A DNA stretch of 64,000 nt from an uncultured Spirochaetota bacterium (GTDB taxonomy: Bacteria; Spirochaetota; Brevinematia; Brevinematales; JAOACQ01), in NCBI GenBank assembly GCA_963835575.1, contig CAWIGG010000004.1, forward strand, positions 576,001 to 640,000, read 5' to 3'. Below, piece after piece: positions 58,779 to 64,000 of this stretch (the first letter of the stretch is position 1; each line of letters opens with the position of its first letter). The translations under genes and the position numbers were made by a program. The notes under the pieces are model-generated. The model had not been told where the DNA came from. It saw nothing but the letters and a program-made list of their open reading frames with translations, and searched no databases.

Positions 58779-59492
58779 CTATTTATTTGTTTTACCCTTA
58801 TTATCCTTAATTTCATTAGTGCTGTTTTCATCTTCAGTACTCTGTCCCGTGGCGTTGAGTTTTTTTACAATTTCATTGATATAGGACCTGAGATTCTGCG
58901 GGGCCCTTTCTTTTAAAGAATAGAGGACATTGATCGAATCCTTTGAATTATGGGCCGCGATGGAGTCGACCAGGGTTTTAACCACCCTGTAGTCGGATCT
59001 GTTGTCTATTAATTCCGAATATTGGTGTAGATATTCCAGTGCGACTTTTGACATCGAAAGGTCGCCCAGGGCCTGTAAAATACATATCTCGCTGATTTTA
59101 TCCGGAGTTTCTCTTAATAATTTTGACAGCATAATGGCGTCTGTCGCGTCGCCGATCTTGCCCAGTACCATGACCCCCATATTAAAGAGATGGGTGTATT
59201 CCGATCTCTGTTCGGGCTTTCCCTGGTTTGCGATTGGATTGGATTCGCCGACTATTTCCTCAACCTTTTTTCTGGCCGCCACTATTTTAAGCTGACCAAC
59301 CCTTTTCAGCGCGGAGAAAACAACATCTGTTTCCTTGTCGTTTAATGAAGCTGTGATAGTATTGACATCGGTCATTTCCTTGAACATGGCGTCATATTTA
59401 CTCTTATAAGGGTATTCGGAAATATCATAAGAATAACCCTTCAATGCTAAAACAAAAAGCGTCAGCAATATGAACTGGAAGAATCTCACCAT
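58779..59492 (-). CDS. Exported HEAT-repeat-like protein
   Basis: Signal peptide; LGKIGD and LQALGDL helical repeats. Confidence 0.6.
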   Translation of the reverse strand: MVRFFQFILLTLFVLALKGYSYDISEYPYKSKYDAMFKEMTDVNTITASLNDKETDVVFSALKRVGQLKIVAARKKVEEIVGESNPIANQGKPEQRSEYTHLFNMGVMVLGKIGDATDAIMLSKLLRETPDKISEICILQALGDLSMSKVALEYLHQYSELIDNRSDYRVVKTLVDSIAAHNSKDSINVLYSLKERAPQNLRSYINEIVKKLNATGQSTEDENSTNEIKDNKGKTNK

Positions 59493-59547
59493 ACTAAACC
59501 TCCTCAAAGTGTTTTTGGCAAGTATTTTATAGATAGCGGTAATAAAC

Positions 59548-61305
59548 TCATTGTGTTATTGTATCGTTATTCTGCTCAAAATCAAGATGTATATATATCG
59601 GTTTTTCTATTATTAATCCAAAGCTGCTTAAATCCCCGTCTGTCAGAAGGAAATATGCCGCGCTGCTGAAACAATAAGCTTCTTCAACGGATTCGATGAC
59701 TTTTTTCCCGTTTGTCAGCCGTTCCCCGTCTATTTTCTTGTCAAACACAATGACTGCGTCGGGATTTTCTATTATTTTACGGTGAGTCTGATAATCGGAA
59801 AGCAGGAACAGGAGTTTTTGAGAAAATTCCTCAAAAAATTCCTTCGCGTCTTTGCGCATGGTGCGTGAAACCTGGCTTCTCTGGAGAGAGTACTGGTTAG
59901 AACGGGAGCTTCTTTCCTGTAAAGATACGAAAGAATCGTTTTCCAGTTTTTTTATTTCCTTGATGATTTTAAGATATTCATTTACCCTTTCCAGCATGTT
60001 ATTGAGCTTATAGTATGTATCGGAAAGCTCCCTCTTCATGTCGCTCCTTTTCCCTTCAAGAAAACCGATGTTGAGCTCAACCTTATTGGATGTAAAGATG
60101 TATGAGAACTCCTTGTCGAAAAAATCAATCAGACAATAGGTGACAAAAACCCTGTCCTTAATGGAAAACAGGGAACGGATGTCTTTCTGTTCCGTATAGC
60201 CGTTTAATATATCATTTAATTTAAGGTTTTTTTCTATAATTCTGAGGCCTTTTTTGATCGGATCGTTATCATCCATTTGAATAAAACCCGGAGGCTGGGA
60301 TTCGCCGCTTGCGGATAGAAGCGACCGCTCGGCGTCTTTCGATTTATCACCATCTTTTTTAGCGGCGGCCGCCAGTTCCTCTTTCCATTTATTGGTATAA
60401 TACCCGATCACATCCTCATCATAAAACTTAAGAAAATCCTTGAAGCTTTCTTCTTTTACCAAAGCGTCGGTTTTATAATACCAGTCGATAACGGTAAATA
60501 ATCTCGGATATAATTTTAAAAAAACAAAATCGATAAAAGAATAGATTTTTTTTAAATTGTCATAGGTAATGGAAGGGTCGAACCTCCGTATGTTTTTTTC
60601 GGCAATGAGGGCCTTTTCGACAGCCGTTTTAAGATAAACATAATACGGCTGGATGACCAGTATGGATTTGAAGATCTGTATCAGGAGGGGCTTTATTTCC
60701 TTGACCAGCTGGAGGGAATGCCTGAGAATGCTGAGTTTGTCAAAGAGCTCATTTGTGTAAAGATTATCAAAACGGTATATGAGCTCGTAATTATAGGGAA
60801 AAATGGTATCCATAAAAAAAGATTTCTTAATTTCATTGGCGACTAATTTATCCTGATAAAGTATGGACGCCAGAATCATACGCGAATTCAAGAGGACATT
60901 CTGGTATTGATTGAGGACAAGATCGCGGAAAGAGTTTTTAAAGCTGTCGCCGTTAAAAGAAAGTATCCCGCTGAAAACACAGCCGAGCCTGGCTGAAAAT
61001 CTTTCTATCCATTTATTGATCGGATTGTCTTTCGGGTCTATGATATTGAAAGTTTCCCTTCTTTTCCTTTTCCATTCGGGCGGCGGGATATCTTTATGAT
61101 GTCTTCTGGCTTTAAGAACCTGGTTTTTCTCCGGGTGCTCTCTGGAGAAATCGCTTTTAGAATGGGATTTTTTACTCTTTTTATTGATATCGACAACCTG
61201 GCCGCCCGCCTGTACGAATTTATTGAACATATCCTTTTTTATATTATCTTCCAGTGAATCCAAACGGAGCTTTTCCCTTATTTCGTCAAGCTTATCTTTC
61301 TGCAT
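59548..61305 (-). CDS. Hypothetical helical protein
   Basis: 585-aa ORF with AGGAG RBS in an operon; no motif recognised. Confidence 0.6.
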   Translation of the reverse strand: MQKDKLDEIREKLRLDSLEDNIKKDMFNKFVQAGGQVVDINKKSKKSHSKSDFSREHPEKNQVLKARRHHKDIPPPEWKRKRRETFNIIDPKDNPINKWIERFSARLGCVFSGILSFNGDSFKNSFRDLVLNQYQNVLLNSRMILASILYQDKLVANEIKKSFFMDTIFPYNYELIYRFDNLYTNELFDKLSILRHSLQLVKEIKPLLIQIFKSILVIQPYYVYLKTAVEKALIAEKNIRRFDPSITYDNLKKIYSFIDFVFLKLYPRLFTVIDWYYKTDALVKEESFKDFLKFYDEDVIGYYTNKWKEELAAAAKKDGDKSKDAERSLLSASGESQPPGFIQMDDNDPIKKGLRIIEKNLKLNDILNGYTEQKDIRSLFSIKDRVFVTYCLIDFFDKEFSYIFTSNKVELNIGFLEGKRSDMKRELSDTYYKLNNMLERVNEYLKIIKEIKKLENDSFVSLQERSSRSNQYSLQRSQVSRTMRKDAKEFFEEFSQKLLFLLSDYQTHRKIIENPDAVIVFDKKIDGERLTNGKKVIESVEEAYCFSSAAYFLLTDGDLSSFGLIIEKPIYIHLDFEQNNDTITQ

Positions 61306-61948
61306 AAAAATCTCCTAACCACTCAAAAAGAGACCTGCTGGAAGAGACATTGATCTCTTTAAAACCCGGCGTATTGACGGCAAAATCATAATTATCGTAA
61401 GAGAGTATGTCAAATACGAGCCTGTCATTATTCATCTGAATTATCAATCTTTTCGGCCTTCCATCATCAAATCTTTTAGCTATTTCTATTTTAATGCTTT
61501 GTTCAAAATATGTAAATATAATTTGCTTTATTCTATTATTTTCTTTAACAACATCCCGGACCCAGTTATCCTTCCCGATTTTGTGAAATTCCGGAGTCAG
61601 CAGGCTGTAAAGATAGTGTGATGTAATGAGGGAGAAAGCCGGATCGTCCCTGTTATAAATTGTCCGGCTTTCCGGCAATATGACCGAATTTTTACCGCCG
61701 GCTTCAGCCAGAAGGTCAAACAGATGGTTATTCAGTATGTTGTCGTAAATCCTGAGCTTGAAAACATTGTCCATGATCAGGACCGCGTCGCCGGCGCCGT
61801 TAAGGTTCCGGTCTTCTGTTATTAAAAAAATAAAAAAATGAAAGGAAAGAAGATTGGGCGTATTGCTTTTTACCAGCCCTTGTTTTGAACAGTTCAGGTT
61901 TATAGAGGCGATCAAAATCATGATAAGCAGGAACAGCGCTTTTTTCAT
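61292..61948 (-). CDS. Putative lipoprotein
   Basis: Signal peptide ending NLN-C. Confidence 0.55.
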   Translation of the reverse strand: MKKALFLLIMILIASINLNCSKQGLVKSNTPNLLSFHFFIFLITEDRNLNGAGDAVLIMDNVFKLRIYDNILNNHLFDLLAEAGGKNSVILPESRTIYNRDDPAFSLITSHYLYSLLTPEFHKIGKDNWVRDVVKENNRIKQIIFTYFEQSIKIEIAKRFDDGRPKRLIIQMNNDRLVFDILSYDNYDFAVNTPGFKEINVSSSRSLFEWLGDFYAER

Positions 61949-61951
61949 AAT

Positions 61952-63262
61952 CTATCCCGTAATAGAAGCTTTGCTGAAAAGGATGTGAGGGGCGTAAAGA
62001 GAACCTTTTTTATGGACTTTACTTTCGATTGACCGAATGGATGTGAGCAGGTCATAAATATTGCCGGTCAGCATGACATCTTTGACGCGGCCTTTTATTT
62101 TCCCTTTTTCAATCAGGTAACCCAGCTCGACATTAACGGAAAAATCGCCGGCCACGATATTGCTCATACCGCCGCCCAGGAATTCATAGACCAGAAGCCC
62201 GTACTGGACCGATTCAATCATTTCTTCAAGGCTGGATTTGCCGCTTGAGACCATCAGATTGGAGAAGGAAGGGGAAGGCAGAGAACTGGTGTTTCTTGAG
62301 CCATGGCCAGTGCTTTTTTTATTCAATCTCCTGGCTGTTGTCAGGTCGTAAATAAAGTTCCTGAAAACCCCGTTTTCAATTACCGGGAGCGACTGCGGAA
62401 TGATCCCTTCATCATCAAAAGGATAGCTGCCGATGCCGTTTTCAAGGAGCGGGTTATCTATAAGAGTGAATGCCGGATCGGCGATCTTTTTATCCAGTTT
62501 TTCTGAAAGAACGGAAATGCCCTTGTAAAGGGTCTTGGCATTTGCCGCTATTTCAATGCCTTCAAGAAGCAGGCCGAGCGCCTCCGGGGTAAATATAACA
62601 GGGTAATAGCCCGTATTCATGCCGACTTTTTTTAACGCGTTTTTGTAGCGCCATTCGATATTACCGCAGATTGCGTCGATATCTATATCCGAAGAATAGG
62701 AAGCGTCGCCGTCGCTTACAGAGAGAAGCCCGCCTCCTTCCTCAACACGCAGCATATTGGCCGAAACGCCGTAATAGGTTTCCTCGTAGCTGCCCCAGAA
62801 TCCGCTGGTATTCGCCAGATAATTCCGGGAATAGGAAGTTGATACGCCGGCGTTAATTTTCGCTTCTTTATCAATTTCTTTAAGCCTTTTTATTATTTCC
62901 TCTCCTGTGGCGACAGCCTTTTCCTTCCGGTAATTTTTAATATCGGGATAATAAGTTTTCAGGATTGGATAATCAGAACTGGATGGAAGGTCTAAATCGA
63001 TTTCATCGCCGAGTGCGGCGCTTTCCAGCGCATTTTTAATAAGAATATCCCTGTCCTGAAGCGAATTGATGAAAGAATTTCCGACCCTTCCGTTGCTGAA
63101 GGCCCTGAGCCCGATGCTGAAACGGCTGATATCCTCAATTGTTTTTAATTGGTCCATCTCAAATTCGACAGGAGTATTTTCCGAATAAACGGCAAGTACA
63201 TCGCCTTTCGGAATCCCGGCGCAGATGCTTTTAACAGTTGCTTCCAATTCTGAAAAGTCCAT
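61952..63262 (-). CDS. pmbA: PmbA/TldE family protein
   Basis: IGLR, PFDDEG, STGHG and GDFS motifs, no HExxxH; GAGGAG RBS before ATG 63262. Confidence 0.85.
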   Translation of the reverse strand: MDFSELEATVKSICAGIPKGDVLAVYSENTPVEFEMDQLKTIEDISRFSIGLRAFSNGRVGNSFINSLQDRDILIKNALESAALGDEIDLDLPSSSDYPILKTYYPDIKNYRKEKAVATGEEIIKRLKEIDKEAKINAGVSTSYSRNYLANTSGFWGSYEETYYGVSANMLRVEEGGGLLSVSDGDASYSSDIDIDAICGNIEWRYKNALKKVGMNTGYYPVIFTPEALGLLLEGIEIAANAKTLYKGISVLSEKLDKKIADPAFTLIDNPLLENGIGSYPFDDEGIIPQSLPVIENGVFRNFIYDLTTARRLNKKSTGHGSRNTSSLPSPSFSNLMVSSGKSSLEEMIESVQYGLLVYEFLGGGMSNIVAGDFSVNVELGYLIEKGKIKGRVKDVMLTGNIYDLLTSIRSIESKVHKKGSLYAPHILFSKASITG

Positions 63263-63317
63263 TATATCTCCTCGCTTGTTTAATATACGCCATAATATAT
63301 GGCCCTGCTGAAAAAAT

Positions 63318-64000
63318 TCAAACACAAGCATAGGGGATATTCCGGCAAATTTTCAACCGCACAAGGAAAAAGATTAAGAAATCAAAGGCCATGTCGGCGG
63401 CAGCCTTCGATTTATCAGCCAAATAGCCCCGATATCTCTTGAAATTAATCCCGATTCCCCTTAAAAGCATGCGGGTTTTGACTTTTACCAGACCACGGAA
63501 CAAAATCCTGCCGCTCAAATACTTTGGTTTCAATAAACTCATCAATCCTTCTACGGCAGGGCGTAGTCCCATCAGAAATTTTCCTGCATCCATACATATC
63601 AATTCCAAAAATTCATCCATCCATTCCCTTTTGGCGTCTATTACCAGCCGACTTTGCTTCTTGCCGACACAGGCCAGACAATTTTCTTTCTTATCGCAGG
63701 CGGCACATTTTTTTACATCAAAATTCAATACCACGGAACCATCTTCATTTTCAATAATGCTATTCGGGATTTCTCCCGCCGGACACATCCCATATTTGCC
63801 GGTTTTTGGGTCTGTATACTCAGAAAGTTTCGCTTTGTTTTTTATCCCTTCCAGATCGACGCCGCGTATCGCGCTCATTACCAGTTGAACGTCTTCGCCG
63901 CTCTCATTCCGAAGGTCTTCAGAATTATAACCGCCATCGCTTATCGCTGTTTCAATATTCGTTTCCTTTTTTAAATTAGATAGTTGCCTGCGGAATAAAT
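63318..64000 (-). CDS. DDE transposase C-terminal part (IS1182/IS5-like); 5' end lies outside the window
   Basis: The frame stays open to the window edge (…TAISDGGYNSE…); CPAG, CAAC and RPAVEGLMSLLK...FRGL motifs. Confidence 0.8.
   Translation of the reverse strand, partial: LFRRQLSNLKKETNIETAISDGGYNSEDLRNESGEDVQLVMSAIRGVDLEGIKNKAKLSEYTDPKTGKYGMCPAGEIPNSIIENEDGSVVLNFDVKKCAACDKKENCLACVGKKQSRLVIDAKREWMDEFLELICMDAGKFLMGLRPAVEGLMSLLKPKYLSGRILFRGLVKVKTRMLLRGIGINFKRYRGYLADKSKAAADMAFDFLIFFLVRLKICRNIPYACV

Noticed and set aside
63263..63331. N-terminal extension of PmbA in the ORF track, and a defined IS end here
   Set aside because: The RBS supports ATG 63262, and the IS end cannot be fixed because the other end is outside the window.
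1..64000. CRISPR array, tRNA or rRNA genes
   Set aside because: No repeat-spacer arrays or cas genes, and no recognisable tRNA/rRNA sequence by eye; a covariance search was not possible.

Overview
A 64-kb bacterial chromosomal window from a probable anaerobe. The gene mix is loosely spirochaete-like, which is an inference only. The housekeeping backbone includes sulfhydrogenase/Asr-type subunits, a GH5 mannanase, thiC/thiD, an XPB helicase pair, a Re-citrate-synthase-like enzyme, bfr, pheST, leuCD, panE, UPF0182 and pmbA. Five complete IS elements have verifiable terminal repeats and target duplications: 2x IS256, IS1182, IS66 and IS1380. There is also a partial transposase at the right edge and an internally deleted class C group II intron. 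The most unusual signal is a set of AT-rich cargo cassettes bounded by 9-10-bp-periodic inverted repeats and led by a recurring promoter module. The cargo is toxin-like: an OB-fold-like+PIN pair, an RYDxxH+57-aa pair, and a reconstructed 812-aa class III cyclase-like/PIN-like fusion that two different IS elements have interrupted. Other points of note are attC-like remnants, a shared 16-bp operator linking an XRE-cupin regulator to leuCD, an apparent 4-residue deletion in the citrate-synthase-like enzyme, and an uncalled Cys-rich 59-aa ORF. No rRNA, tRNA or CRISPR array was seen.
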